Positions 1-11,998 are shown, counted from the stretch's first letter. The stretch is 48,443 nucleotides of DNA from Priapulus caudatus (GCF_000485595.1 NW_014577064.1:629528-677970), one strand, 5' to 3'. Notes: generated by a model not told the origin, from the letters alone. A program made the numbers and translations.

Positions 1-416
1 GAGCATTGATCATGGGATGGGAGGCATTGATCATGTGGTGGGAGGCATTGATCGTGGGGTGGGAGGCATTGATCATGGGGTGGGAGGCATTGATCATGGG
101 GTGGGAGGCATTGATCATGGGATGGGAGGCATTGATCATGTGGTGGGAGGCATTGATCGTGGGCTGGGAGTCATTGATCATGAGGTGGGAGGCATTGATC
201 ATGGGCTGGGAGGCATTGATCATGGGCTGGGAGTCATTGATCATGTGGTGGGAGGCATTGATCATGGGCTGGGAGGCATTGATCATGGGCTGGGAGTCAT
301 TGATCATGTGGTGGGAGGCATTGATCATGGGCTGGGAGGCATTGATCATGTGGTAGGAGGCATTGATTGTGGGCTGGGAGGCATTGATCGTGGGGTAGGA
401 GGCATTGATAGTTGGA
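1..416. repeat. 21-bp minisatellite (consensus GGGAGGCATTGATCATGGGST), about 19 copies, probably intronic in the SBF gene
   Basis: Direct 21-nt periodicity; it explains the WEALIMG and GGIDHG ORFs. Confidence 0.95.
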
Positions 417-526
417 TGTAAGGCATTTCTGCATTTTGCAGCTGTCTCTCATAAAAACTAGAGTTATGTAGCTGTGCATTTGGCTGCGCACCGCTAATCT
501 TTGCTCAACCATGTTAATATTTTCAG

Positions 527-619
527 GTGAAGACGAAGAGACGCGACTACAGCTTTGTCGCACATGATCAGCATTCGGCACAAGAGTGGATCGACAAGAT
601 TCAGGCGTGCATACAGTAA
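527..619 (+). CDS. Sbf: Terminal coding exon of SET-binding factor / myotubularin-related pseudophosphatase (MTMR5/MTMR13), end of the C-terminal PH domain
   Basis: Acceptor ttttcag|GTG at 526/527; translates VKTKRRDYSFVAHDQHSAQEWIDKIQACIQ*, matching from recall the SBF1/SBF2 C-terminus (KT.RRVYNFCAQD..SAQQW.D.IQSC). Not in the supplied ORF track. Confidence 0.85.
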   Translation: MKTKRRDYSFVAHDQHSAQEWIDKIQACIQ

Positions 620-760
620 TTACGACAACGTGCGACCCACGGCAAGCGTGCAGCATCACGAGGCACTGCTGCGAAAATGGTCGAGGCCAACCGAGGTGCT
701 GACACAGAAATGTTTCTGCAGATGCAGCCGTCACAGCGACGTCCTTGCAGATGCAACTAC

Positions 761-905
761 CACCGTGATGTCACTGCAGGTGCAGCCGTCACCGTGATGT
801 CACTGCAGGTGCAGCCGTCACCGTGATGTCACTGCAGGTGCAGCCGTCACCGTGATGTCACTGCAGGTGCAGCCATCACCGTGATGTCACTGCAGGTGCA
901 GCCGT
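761..905. repeat. 29-bp tandem repeat (CACCGTGATGTCACTGCAGGTGCAGCCGT), 5 copies
   Basis: Units start at 761, 790, 819, 848 and 877. Confidence 0.95.
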
Positions 906-1098
906 TCACATGATACTCACTGCCAGATGCAACCACCACCGCTGCATGTACTTGGGCAGGGCGGGAGAACGGTCAGTGCTGTTGCCTGCTGGAACGCTGC
1001 TGCATGCTGCTGGACGCTTTCATGCTCGCGTGCTGAGTGCGCGCCGGACATGAGAGCGATCTTACAGGAGAGCGCTTGCCTTGTAGCGCAAACCCGAT

Positions 1099-1219
1099 GT
1101 AGTGGCCCCACGATTCTCTCCCGGGCTTTAGGAAACCCATGGTAGTGGCCCCCACGATTCTCTCCCGGGCTTTAGGAAACCGCATGCGTAGTGGCCCCAA
1201 AAGTTCTCTCCTGGGCTTT
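1099..1219. repeat. 43-46-bp tandem repeat (GTAGTGGCCCCACGATTCTCTCCCGGGCTTTAGGAAACC...), just under 3 copies
   Basis: Units start at 1099, 1142 and 1188. Confidence 0.85.
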
Positions 1220-2457
1220 GTACGGAATTTTATTTAATTGTAAGCATAATATCGGTTAGGCTAACATAGTGATACAGCTGTTGAAGTGGTGTTGTACCTT
1301 TGCGCTGCTTCCTGCCGGCTCATGCTAGTGCTACTTACATGCAGACCACGTGACTGCTCCGGTTGTTTTGACAATGCTAGACTAATCATGATGCTCTGCG
1401 TAGCTTGAGCCGCAATGCGCTCCGCGGTCTCGCTCACTAGTCTAACATGCTGTTGCTATCATTCTTATACGCATCGTGCACTGTGCTGAAAGTGCAACCC
1501 AGCCACAACCTAGTTCGGGAGCACGTGTTGGTCCGAGGAGGGGCGACACAAGAGAGATAGATGTGTTTGAGAGAGCGGGTGAAAGGAACTGAGAGGAGAG
1601 CCGCAGACATTTCCATAACGTGTAGTGTGGATTTTTTGTCGCACATGTATTTTTGATGTTACATATAATAGGCAATCGCGGTATGCAGAGGTTGCGATAT
1701 GCGTAAGCTATGTGCTGTGTTTTGCAGTTTTTAGCGTAGTCTTGAAGTGTAACCAGCCTGTACATCAGCCCTGCAAGTCGCTTTTCTGGTACAAAATCGG
1801 CGGAAAGCGGGGAGGATGCCGAGGACTCAGTAGGCGGTCACTGGTGCCGGCCAGCGACCCAGCCGATTCAAGTGTGATCGGCTCGCCGCTTTGCCATTAT
1901 AGTTCATTGATGTGCATGTCTATCAACTGTACATATAGTGTCGTTGTCTAGTATACCGTGGTTACGTCAAGAGTATATGAAGCCCGAAAAGAATATGGTG
2001 TCTGCGAAATCATGTTACACTTGTTGTGTTCTAGTACACATGATAGCATGTTCAATTATAAATCGTTCCAGGCTGCCTTTAATTATTGGTACACTCGTGA
2101 CACTTATTAGTGCTGCATGCGGCCATCTTTGCTCCCCACCCCCTTCCCACATTAAAAACATACATAAAGTGTTACACGTTGATGGTTACTGCCATTTCAT
2201 GAATCTATTCTCAAAGGATGGAAGTAACGCTGCCTATTAGTTTACCGACGTGGTTATTTACAAGGTGTACGATGTCTTGTGCAGTTTGCAACGTGTACAT
2301 ATTATTGGAGGAGTAATTATAGCGACTAAAGGCTTGGCATGTACAACATCACCAGACAGGCAGCTGGCAGGGGATGCAATATACGGGCGCCGACGGCCTG
2401 TGCCTGCTGGGGAGGCATGCACGTAGCTGCTTGTAACACCGTAATTCCGGGTGACAT

Positions 2458-2503
2458 CACAGAGTATATCAAAGTTATAAAACTCTCGTTATATAAGCTC
2501 TTG
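2458..2503. mobile_element. Degenerate 46-bp CA(C)AGAG...CTCTTG palindromic remnant with 7-bp target-site duplication
   Basis: Flanks GTGACAT (2451-2457) and GTGACGT (2504-2510); right arm TATAAGCTCTTG is shared with the copy at 25193-25242. Confidence 0.55.
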
Positions 2504-4199
2504 GTGACGTGCATCTTCCGTCGGCGCCGGTTTCATGACCTTGACATTGACCTTTGACCTTGACCGTGACCGGTATATGTGTAGACATTCGCCCTTTTTC
2601 TAGACGGCTCGCTAATTCTTTGATTTCACGCCAAAGCGCACACGAAAATCTAGCGCGCCCAGATCTTGATATATACAGGCGAGAGAAAATGCTTATTGTT
2701 TCGTGGTAATTGGCGCAATACATGCGAATGTCCATGTGACTCACGTGACCTGCTCAGCGTTAATTCACGCGCTAATCCACGCCTGTCACAATTGTTCGTG
2801 CGATAGTCCGCACGCGCCTCTACTACCTACTTCATTAGTGACGTTTGCTGTTACGTTCGTCGAATGCTGCTGTTAATGCTGAGGCAAGGCGTCCGCACCG
2901 CCAGTGTTTCGCATTCGTGCTCTCGAAAGCGCCCTTTATAGTTGCGTATTGCGGATAATCATGGTGATCATTAGCGTGAGCTGTTCAGATCGTGCTACAA
3001 TTATTCGTTGTGTTAGGCAAGCCTAGTAGCCTGAGGTGCGAGGTCGGCCGGGTTAGCTGCTATTTAGTGGCCCCCCACAGCGTGTATAAGTTTCAGTAGG
3101 ACAGTGCTTATATTAGCATCACGTCAACAACAGAGCGGCTGCGTCTGGCGTGAGGGGCAGGCGAAGAGGAGGAGGAGCGTTGCGAATTTCATTCCTCGTT
3201 GTTATAGCCTTACTTAGTTGCGGGAACACGGGTGGTAGTTCGCCTGCCTCTTTGTGGATGCCTCTCCCCCCTCCCCGGCGCAATTTTCGGTTTGGCTAAT
3301 GTTTATTTATTATAATTGTATTTGCGAACGCTTACTAGTTTGTTAGACCCCGACGGACGGTAGCCCGTTCGCCTCATTGCCTGACAGGTTTCACCGCTAT
3401 CATAAGCCATTATCAGGCTTTATAGCAGACGAGCTGTGCAGACGTCTCTTCTCTCCTGCCTTTCATCCACACATCACACCTTGCACTTTTTCCTCTGCTG
3501 CCTTCAGACGCACAAACTCTGCACACTTACAGCGCAACGTTTAAATCACGTGCGTCGACATCACTGGTCGGCCAGTGATGAGCAAAATACGAGAAGCCTT
3601 GCCTGTATGCTTGCTGCTGCCGCGTATTTCCTACTACGCTTGCCGAGCTTTATAGAATCGCAGTGTCATCTGCAGGTCGAGCGGCGGGCGATCCCCCTCC
3701 CATCTAGACGTCTGCGCAGCAATCGGAATGAACAGAGGTATATCTGGCGTATCTGTTTATCTCCTATAAGCAGCCCGCGTACTGCCGTGCCGGCGACCTT
3801 GCAATAATGCTCTATTTTGTAACGTGGCTTTTGCGGCGTTGTATAGGAACTAGTATATATCTCGCTATGGACAACCCGTGTTTCTTTGAAAATATACGCT
3901 GCCGAAAGTTTTGACATACCGTGAAGGGTATAATAAATAAATCAATAAATATATATAGTATATATATATATATATATATATAGTATATATATATATATAA
4001 TATATACTATACGGTATATATACCACTCTCGGAATTGTCTGTGATTCATTCGTATTATCGGCTCGACCTGGGTCGCGGGGTTTGGCGTCTGTGGTGGGAC
4101 CGTTCTTTGCTTTCAGCTTTTTTCTTTTCGAGACAGGATTGCCGGGGCTCGCTGCTGGTCAGCTGTTTGTATGACCGCGCTATGCAGCCGCTTTGGTTA

Positions 4200-5905
4200 G
4201 CTCGTCATGCAGCCGTGGTTAGCTGGTCATGTAGCTCGGTCACTGTAGCCGTGGGCCCGTAGCTGGTCATGTAGCTGGCCGTCATGTAGCCGTGGGTAGC
4301 TGCGCAATGTAAGCCGTGGTTAGCCCTGGGTCATGTTGAGCCGTGGTTAGCTGCGTCATGCTAGCGTGTCGTAGCTGCGTCATGCAGCCGCTGCCGCGCC
4401 TAAGCTGCGTCATGTAGCCGTGGGTTAGCTGGTCATGTAGCCGTGGGTAGCTGAGTCATGCGTAGCTCCGCTGGGTTACACTGGTTCATGTAGCCGTGCG
4501 GTAGCCTGCGTTCATGCTAGCCGCTGAGGTAGCTGCGTCATGTCAGCCGTGGTTAGCCTGCGTCATGCTAGCCGGATGGTTACCTGGCGTCATGTAGCCA
4601 TGGGCGTAGGCTGGTCATGTAAGCCGCTGGTCCGATAAGCTGGTCATGTAGCCGTGGGTAGGCTAGCTCATGCTAGCCGTGCCGTTACGCTGCGTCATGT
4701 AGCGTGGTTAGCTGCGTCATGTAGCTGGTCATGTAGCCGTGCCGGTTAGCTGCGTCATGTAGCCGTGGCTTAGCTGCCCGCGTCATGTAGCCGTGGTACT
4801 TGGTCATGTAGTGGTGGGTAGCTGTCATGAGCCGAGTGCGCGTACGCTGGCTCAATGCTAAGCCCGTGGGTAGCTGGTCATGTAGCCGTGAGGTAGCTGG
4901 TCATGCTTAGCCGTGGGTAGCTGCGTCATGTAGCCAGTGGCGTAGCTGGTTCATGTAGCGCTGGGTAGCTGTCATGCTAGCCGCTGCCGTTAGCTGCGTC
5001 ATGTAGCCGTGGATAGCTGGTCATTTGGTAGCCGTGCGGTAGCTGCGTCATGTAGGCCGGTGTGGCTAGCAGGTCGTTGTAGCCGTGGGTAGCCTGGTAC
5101 ATGTTAGCCGTGGTTTAGCTGGTCATGCTAGCCGTAGGCTTAGCTTGGTCATGCTTACCGTGGTTACTGCCGTCATGTAGCTGGTACATGCTAGCCGTGG
5201 CCGTGCTGGTCATGTAGCCGTGGCTTAGCTGGTCATAGTAGCCGTGGCGTTAGCTGTGTCATGTAGCCGCTGCGGTAGCATGTCATGCTAGCGTGGGTAG
5301 CTGCGTCATGTAGCCGTCGATAGCTGCGTCATGAGTAAGCCGCTGGTTAGCTGGCTCACTTGTAGCCGTGGCCGTTTTAGCTGGTCATGTATAGCCGGTG
5401 GCGTAGCTGGTCATGTAGCCGTGGGTAGCTGGTCATAGTAGCCGTGGCGTAGCTGGCTCATGTAGCCCGTGCGCGTAGCTGGTCACTGTGCCGTGCGATA
5501 GCTGGTCATGTAGCCGTGGGTAGCTGGTACTATGCAGCGCTGGCGTTGCAAGGTTATGCTGCCAGACCTGGGCGTCGCATGCTTAGCTGCAGCCGTGTGA
5601 TGCAGCCGTGGTAAGCGAGGCTATAGCTGTTGCCGTGGTGATGGCATGGCTGGCAGCCGTGGTACTGCTATGCTGGGCCGGGTAACAGGCCTATGCCTGC
5701 AGCGGGGGCTAGCAGGTTATGCTGCAGCCTGGTGGGTAGCAGGTTATGCTGCAGCCGTGCGGTAGGCAGGCTATATGCTCAGCCGTGGGTAGCAGGCCTT
5801 ATCCTGCAGCGGCGAGCGAGTTGCTGCAGCCTGGCGATGCGCGAGGGCTAACAGGCTATGCTGCGCAGCCGTGCGTTGGCAGCTTATGCCTGCAGCGGTG
5901 GTAAC
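4200..5905. repeat. Noisy ~22-bp satellite (TAGCTGGTCATGTAGCCGTGGG) changing near 5530 into a ~25-bp variant (TAGCAGGTTATGCTGCAGCCGTGGG)
   Basis: Tandem periodicity is visible despite many 1-2-nt indels. Confidence 0.9.
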
Positions 5906-6432
5906 AACGCTGCTCAACTGCATGGATTCTTTTAAACGTCTTTTAGTGCTTGCTTTTACATTCTGCTAGGCGGGGTTTCTAACGAACGTTGTATAGCGTT
6001 GATTGTCGACGCGCGAGCGGAGAACATGATTTCTGTAAAATACATGCGCGCGGCTTAGGAGAGCTGCTGTCGGCTTTATATATACGCTTTGTTGTTATTT
6101 ATTGTTAAGAAGAAGTCGCCGTTCTTCTAAGTAATAAGGGGGTTTTACAAGTTTTTTTGAAGAGGTGCAGAAGGTGCTTTTGCTATATTCTCCGATGTTT
6201 TAGCAAGGTGTGTTTGGTTAAGGGGAGGTGAAGGTGGTAGTCGGGGCAACTGTGTATCTCTATTTACCTGGTTTTAAGCTTGCCTACTTGCTTTCTGTTG
6301 ACTGCTGTGTGTTGCGCCCAGGCGCTACTATTATGCGCGCACAAAGTTCTGCCAAGGTTACTCTTGTTTCAACGCCGCTTGTGTAGCATGTCGTAAAGTT
6401 CCATTCATGGAACGCATGACAACGTTGTGCGC

Positions 6433-6668
6433 GCTGATAACATGCTATAGCATGGTGTACCGCCCGGGCAACGTGTCTGCTTGATAACGTGCTATAAGCA
6501 TGGTGTGCTGCCCGGGCAAACGTGTCTGCTGATAACCTGCTATAGCATGTGTGCTGCCCGGGCAACGTGTCTGCTGATACATGCCTATAGCATGGTGTGC
6601 TGCCCGGCAACGTGTCTGCTGATAACATGCTATAGCATGGTGTTGCTGCCCGGGCAACGTGTCTGCTG
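6433..6668. repeat. ~46-bp tandem repeat, about 5 copies, containing the palindromes CATGCTATAGCATG and TGCCCGGGCA
   Basis: Repeated unit GCTGATAACATGCTATAGCATGGTGTGCTGCCCGGGCAACGTGTCT. Confidence 0.9.
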
Positions 6669-7794
6669 AGGCGAAGTCACGATCTCAGGTCAGCTGGCCA
6701 GCGTCGCTAGCTGCATGCAGTTTTATCCGATTTACTCGAACATTTATTTGATGCAAGTTCGATCATGCTTTGTGAAATTGTCATGTACGCTGGATATTTC
6801 CTTGGCGGCTGCATTACCCGCCTCGGAGGCAGGTAGGCTTTAGAGGCAGCTGCTTCCGCTGCGACATGCCTTGTGTGCGCGGTAAACACATGCGCTAGCG
6901 GTGGATGACGAATCGCGTATACTGAGAGGCGTCGTGTAAAAATCTTCCTTAAATTCAGTGTAATAATACAGCATCTGTATAAAATGCAACTGTCTCATGT
7001 TTTTGTGTTATGAACTTATGAGTATCGTTTGTGAGCTGGTTTGTCTGATTTGGTTTCTGAGCGGAATTAGCGCACACGATTTCACACGCACGCCCGCCAC
7101 GCACGCACGCACGCCCGCACTGGCGCCATTTTCGAACTATTCGTCAGTAGTGTCGCTATTCTGCTGTAAATGCTGTGAGACCCAACACAAAGTTTGTGTT
7201 TAGTAACTGGCAATCGCGGGAAACGTGTGCAATTTTGACCCCTTGTCGTGTCGGAACCGGTGACTGCATGCGTCCACTGTAAGTCGCGACGTTGTGAGCC
7301 GGCGCGAGATACGCGAACACGCTTTTCGCTAAAAAAAAAGAGCGGCTGTGGTTAGGGAAGCTATACATGAACGTGATCCGGTAGATGTGCAGGAACGTCG
7401 TGCAGTGAACACGATGATTGCATTCGCGAATACGCACCATCTGTCCATCGTGTTTGCCTTCCTCGCTCGACCGCGCACGCCTCGCCTTCACAATCTCGCT
7501 ATTTGTTGCTTTCTTCGTGAACTCCCTTCTTTTATCTCGATCACTCTCTCGCACTATCTTTGCTCTGTTTCAAGCGCTCTATGTATACGAGTATTCGCAT
7601 TCGGCGCTTCTCAACTCCCTCTTACGCGGGCGAGGATCTCACGCGTTTTCTTTTCTCGTCCACTCGTTTGCCTGTCTGTCTCCCTCCATCTCACCCCTTC
7701 GCTCTCGTATCCCTTCTGTTTCTCTGTCAAACACGCGTACCGCACTCTCGCACGCACGCACGCACGCACACACATCTATCTCAATCTCGACCCC

Positions 7795-7811
7795 CGTCCT
7801 CTCTCTCTCTC

Positions 7812-7880
<69 letters not shown>

Positions 7881-7946
7881 CTCTCTTCTCTCCTCTCTCT
7901 TCATCTCCTCTCTCTCTCTCTCTCTTCTCTCTCTCGTCTCTCTCTC

Positions 7947-7979
<33 letters not shown>

Positions 7980-8027
7980 ACTCTCTCTCTCTCTCATCTC
8001 TCTCTCTATCTATCTCTCTTTCTCTCT

Positions 8028-8067
<40 letters not shown>

Positions 8068-8098
8068 TCTCCTGTCTCTCGTCTTCTCTCTCTCCTCT
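7795..8098. repeat. Imperfect (CT)n microsatellite
   Basis: Direct inspection; source of the SL- and RE-rich ORFs. Confidence 0.95.
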
Positions 8099-9117
8099 AA
8101 TATTAGTTATATATAGTAATATATATATGTATATATATATCTTGCTCTCTTTCGCTACCCTCTCTCTTTCTCTAGATCACATTGACCCCTACTCCGTTTA
8201 TGCTGTGGATGTCTTCGCGATATGAATCTTCCGCGTCTACACTTGCGAATCTATCTATATGTCAGATCTAATAATTTCATCCTACGCTCTATCTAAAAGC
8301 GAGACTAGATTAGAAATCATCTTCAACGCTTGGGTCTTTCTGTTGCCGTGGCCCGCCATCGATCTTCATCAGTGCGTTGTGTTATGACTCGCTCAGCTTT
8401 GCGCAAGGCCTGCAAGCTATTTGCTGCAGCGGGGTTGCACGAGAGCCGTCGCAATGCTTGCTTGCTCACTTCTTATTGCTGCAGGCGAGGGCAGGTGCTC
8501 GATCGGCTGTGCTCGGGTGCACAATTCTTTCCGCCACGGCGCCGGTTGCAACGTTACAAACACATGAGGTCAGTGATCGCTGACGTCGCAAACTTATGGG
8601 GTCATTGATCAAGCGGCAAGGCATCTTATAATATATATGCACATACAAGGAACACTCCGTCGGTGTGCAGTACTGTTCTCTTTATTGTGGCATACGTATG
8701 CTAACATTCAACAGACGCATATCTGTCCACATTTGAAAACCTCTGAGGGTTTTTGATCGGGGTCTTATCTTATTTTATTGCGTAGATTAGCATTAATTTG
8801 TCCGGTAGGTGGCGAGATTTTCATTGTCCGGACAGAGCAATTAATTATATCTAAATGATCTCAATAATATATCTGATATACTTGCTCTGACTCGCTGAAA
8901 TATTTCAACTTAAAAGTTAGCATTACCTCTAAATTTTAACTTAAATATAAGCACAACTAAAAAAACAAAAACCTAAACTAAAATAAACCTGTAATATACC
9001 CCCTATACAGTGCAGGTGCAACCTCTATTACCGTACGTGGCACTCTATTCAACTTGTCGTTATAGCCAAAATTTCTATTCGAAATTGTAGTAGTAATTGT
9101 AGAAATATCGCCTCCAT

Positions 9118-9261
9118 CAGGAGCTAATAATGACAATTGTTGACAATTTGACAATTGACTTGACAATTAATTTGATTGACAATTAATTAACAACTAATTT
9201 ACAACGATTAATTGACAATTAATTTGACAATTAATTGACAATTTGTCATTATTAGCTCCTG
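9118..9261. mobile_element. 144-bp foldback element: CAGGAGCTAATAATGACAA ... TTGTCATTATTAGCTCCTG with an interior of TTGACAATT-type repeats
   Basis: Perfect 19-bp inverted arms (23 bp with flanking CCAT/ATGG); no clean target-site duplication. Confidence 0.75.
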
Positions 9262-9779
9262 ATGGCATGTTACAACATGCCTTCGTAAAAGAATAATTCG
9301 TGTAGCATTCACCCGCTCATACGGTATCACAAATAAACTATAATATGTGAGACAAAATATAAGTTATGACTCAGCAGCTTCACTTCATGGCTGGAATTCG
9401 TGTCTTATGCCAAAATAATGTTGGTAATTGCTGATAAACAGGAATTCCTATTGCTGAAAAAATGAGTTTGAATGTGAATGGCAAAGGTACATTTCGTATA
9501 AAGTGCTGGTTTCATAGAATTTTAGCATCGAGTTTAACTGTGCCACCAAAAAACAGTTGCGCATGTAAAACTATATAACGTGAAATCTTATACCATAGTT
9601 TTGTAATTTTCCTTGAATATATTTCACGAAGACGACTGACTGCTCTCCATGTAGTCTCGTCTTGCTACAAAACAGGTAAATTTAGCCGCATGAACACTAT
9701 CCTTATCCTACATGTTATTCATGCTCCCCCCCCCACATACGGATTTTTCTAGGGTGCGTGGGTGTGTGTGTTGGGCGGG

Positions 9780-9938
9780 TGGGTGGCTGGATGGATGAAT
9801 GGATTGATTGATTGATGGATGGATGCATGGATGGTAGGATCGATGGATGGATGCATGAATGGATGGATGGATGGATGGATAAATAGAAATAGAGAGAGAG
9901 AGATAGAGAGAGGCGGAGAGAGAAAAAGAGACCTCGAG

Positions 9939-10020
<82 letters not shown>
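9780..10020. repeat. Compound (GGAT)n-(GA)n microsatellite
   Basis: Direct inspection. Confidence 0.9.
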
Positions 10021-10022
<2 letters not shown>

Positions 10023-10606
10023 CGCGTGAGAGAAGGCTAATATGATATATAATCGCATTTTACTGATAGTAGATTATAAAGATAACAAGATAAGATTATA
10101 AGTTTGTAATAAGTGTAAAAATGGAAGGTAGGGTGGGGAAAGGAAATGGGAAAATGAAGGTTCTCATTGGATAGATGTATAGATAGTTTTCGTTCTCAAA
10201 TTTAAATGGCGGACGCATAACTATCGGCGGTGATTACAAGCATAGTATATTGACTGTGATGATACCTTCCGTGGTATGAAAAATGGCTTCAGTGACGTCA
10301 GTCTATCGTTGCTTGCTTCCCTTTGATACATCTATATTTACTCTTCTTTTGGTGTCCGAACAATGAGCGTTACTGAGTCAATATCAACCTTCATTAGCTG
10401 GTACGAGCAAAGTGATATGAAACATCACCTGGCCGTAAACATGATGTGATGAATATTGATATTAACACAATAGGTTCATTGTTCTCGACAAATGCTTGTG
10501 ATGTTGCATGGTTGTAATGCACAGTGGCTACGCACGCATGCAGCAAGTCACGAGATAGCTGCAGCTCCAACGACACTAGATGTATCGTGGTCAGCCGAGC
10601 TTCGAC

Positions 10607-11998
10607 ATGTCTCTGCGTTACCTGCTCGTTTTCACTCTGCTGGCTTCAACCTATGTACTGGTCGAGAGCAACTCGTCGACTTCTCCAGTATGCGGAATGC
10701 CGTATTTTGGTAACAGTCACAGGATGATGCTGCGAGAGGGAGTCGCAACCCTTCATCCTCCCTACGGTATCGAACAACTAAATGGCGTGCACGTGAACGT
10801 TGGATGCGTACACGACGCATATTATTTTGTTTCTAAGCTGCTATTAGAAGATTTGAGTAAATACCTGAATTTCACGTTCACCATTCACACTGCCTACACG
10901 GTGCAGGAAGCATTTGCATCAATGAGGGATGGCCGGACGGAGCTAGAGGCAACGATGTTTACTGTTACACGTAAACGTGCGCGCATGGTGAAATTCCTAA
11001 CACCAATGGTAGAAACCTCATATGTGGCTCTTATTAAAAGACCAGAAGAAAAAATGGGAGTGTTTAATATTCTTGCACCGCTTGAAACCTACGTCTGGAT
11101 ATGCCTGCTTGCATATTCTCTGGTAACAGCAGCAGCAATGGCGGCTATAGAGAGCTGGTCACATAAAGACAGTGGATCAGAGGGGAACACGGAATCTACG
11201 GAAGGTATAGTCTACTACGTTGTCTACATTTTTGGCTCCATCTTACAGCAGGGCGGAGTCAGGTTGCCTAGGACTATTCCAGCCAGAATACTACTGTCTA
11301 CCTGGTGGCTATTCGTTCTTACAATCACCGCACTGTACACCGGACAGCTAGTCAGCTTTCTTGCTGTTACGTCAACTATTTACTACCCGTTTGAGACACT
11401 GCAAGAGTTCGCCGATCACCCAACGATCATACCGGCATCGGTTAGAGGGCTCTCAATCTTGGAGAGGTTGCAAGACCAGCCATCAGAGTCTGACATGGGA
11501 AAGCTGTGGCAGAAGATCTCCGCGGATGATCGGGCCATAGCCAACGGCAGAGAGTCTGCCATCAACCTCGTCCTCACCGGCAAATATGCATTACTTATTG
11601 GTAACATGGACGCAGAGATGTTTCTAAAATCCGACTATGAAGCAACAGGAACATGTAGATTTGCTGTAGCTCCGATGACAATGCTGACAAGCTATATGTC
11701 ATGGTTCGCACAATACGATAGCAAATCCGTGGAAAGCATCAATACAGTTCTGCAGTGGTACACGGAGAGCGGTCTCTTCAATCAGCTCCTTAACAACGTC
11801 ATCGACCGCAGGCCACCCGAATGCTCGCAGAACACAGGAACGAAAGTACACGCTGAGCATCTTCGTCTACACACCATGTCTCAAGTCCTATTGCTCCTGC
11901 TGGTAGGATGTGTCCTATCACTTCTGCGTCTTATACTGGAGTTAATTATTGGAATGAAAGGGAAGAGAAAGAGTAGACGTAATTTAGATAACGGTTGA
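10607..11998 (+). CDS. Intronless divergent ionotropic receptor (IR/iGluR family, no amino-terminal domain), 463 aa from the second ATG
   Basis: Signal peptide MSLRYLLVFTLLASTYVLVES; S1 (HPPY, LLEDLSKYLNFTF, TVTRKRARMVKFLTP); M1 (LAPLETYVWICLL); pore (IFGSILQQG); M3 (RILLSTWWLFVLTITALYTGQLVSFL); S2; M4. An in-frame upstream ATG lies at 10580. Confidence 0.93.
   Translation: MSLRYLLVFTLLASTYVLVESNSSTSPVCGMPYFGNSHRMMLREGVATLHPPYGIEQLNGVHVNVGCVHDAYYFVSKLLLEDLSKYLNFTFTIHTAYTVQEAFASMRDGRTELEATMFTVTRKRARMVKFLTPMVETSYVALIKRPEEKMGVFNILAPLETYVWICLLAYSLVTAAAMAAIESWSHKDSGSEGNTESTEGIVYYVVYIFGSILQQGGVRLPRTIPARILLSTWWLFVLTITALYTGQLVSFLAVTSTIYYPFETLQEFADHPTIIPASVRGLSILERLQDQPSESDMGKLWQKISADDRAIANGRESAINLVLTGKYALLIGNMDAEMFLKSDYEATGTCRFAVAPMTMLTSYMSWFAQYDSKSVESINTVLQWYTESGLFNQLLNNVIDRRPPECSQNTGTKVHAEHLRLHTMSQVLLLLLVGCVLSLLRLILELIIGMKGKRKSRRNLDNG

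Noticed and set aside
6..421. ORFs with WEALIMG and GGIDHG repeats
   Set aside because: Translation of a 21-bp minisatellite lying just upstream of a genuine splice acceptor.
761..905. 29-bp repeats as a CRISPR array
   Set aside because: Head-to-tail units with no spacers, eukaryotic context and no cas genes.
7348..8225. Long SL- and RE-rich ORFs (also those at 12231-12933, 21081-22760 and 29847-32196)
   Set aside because: Microsatellite read-through with no domain signal.
8335..8375. Possible minus-strand hammerhead ribozyme (CTGATGA...GAAA)
   Set aside because: Stem II closing pair and stems I/III could not be formed convincingly.
8377..8608. Cys-Cys-containing frames resembling galaxin-like repeats
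   Set aside because: Motifs are split across frames, with no clear splice sites or repeat periodicity.
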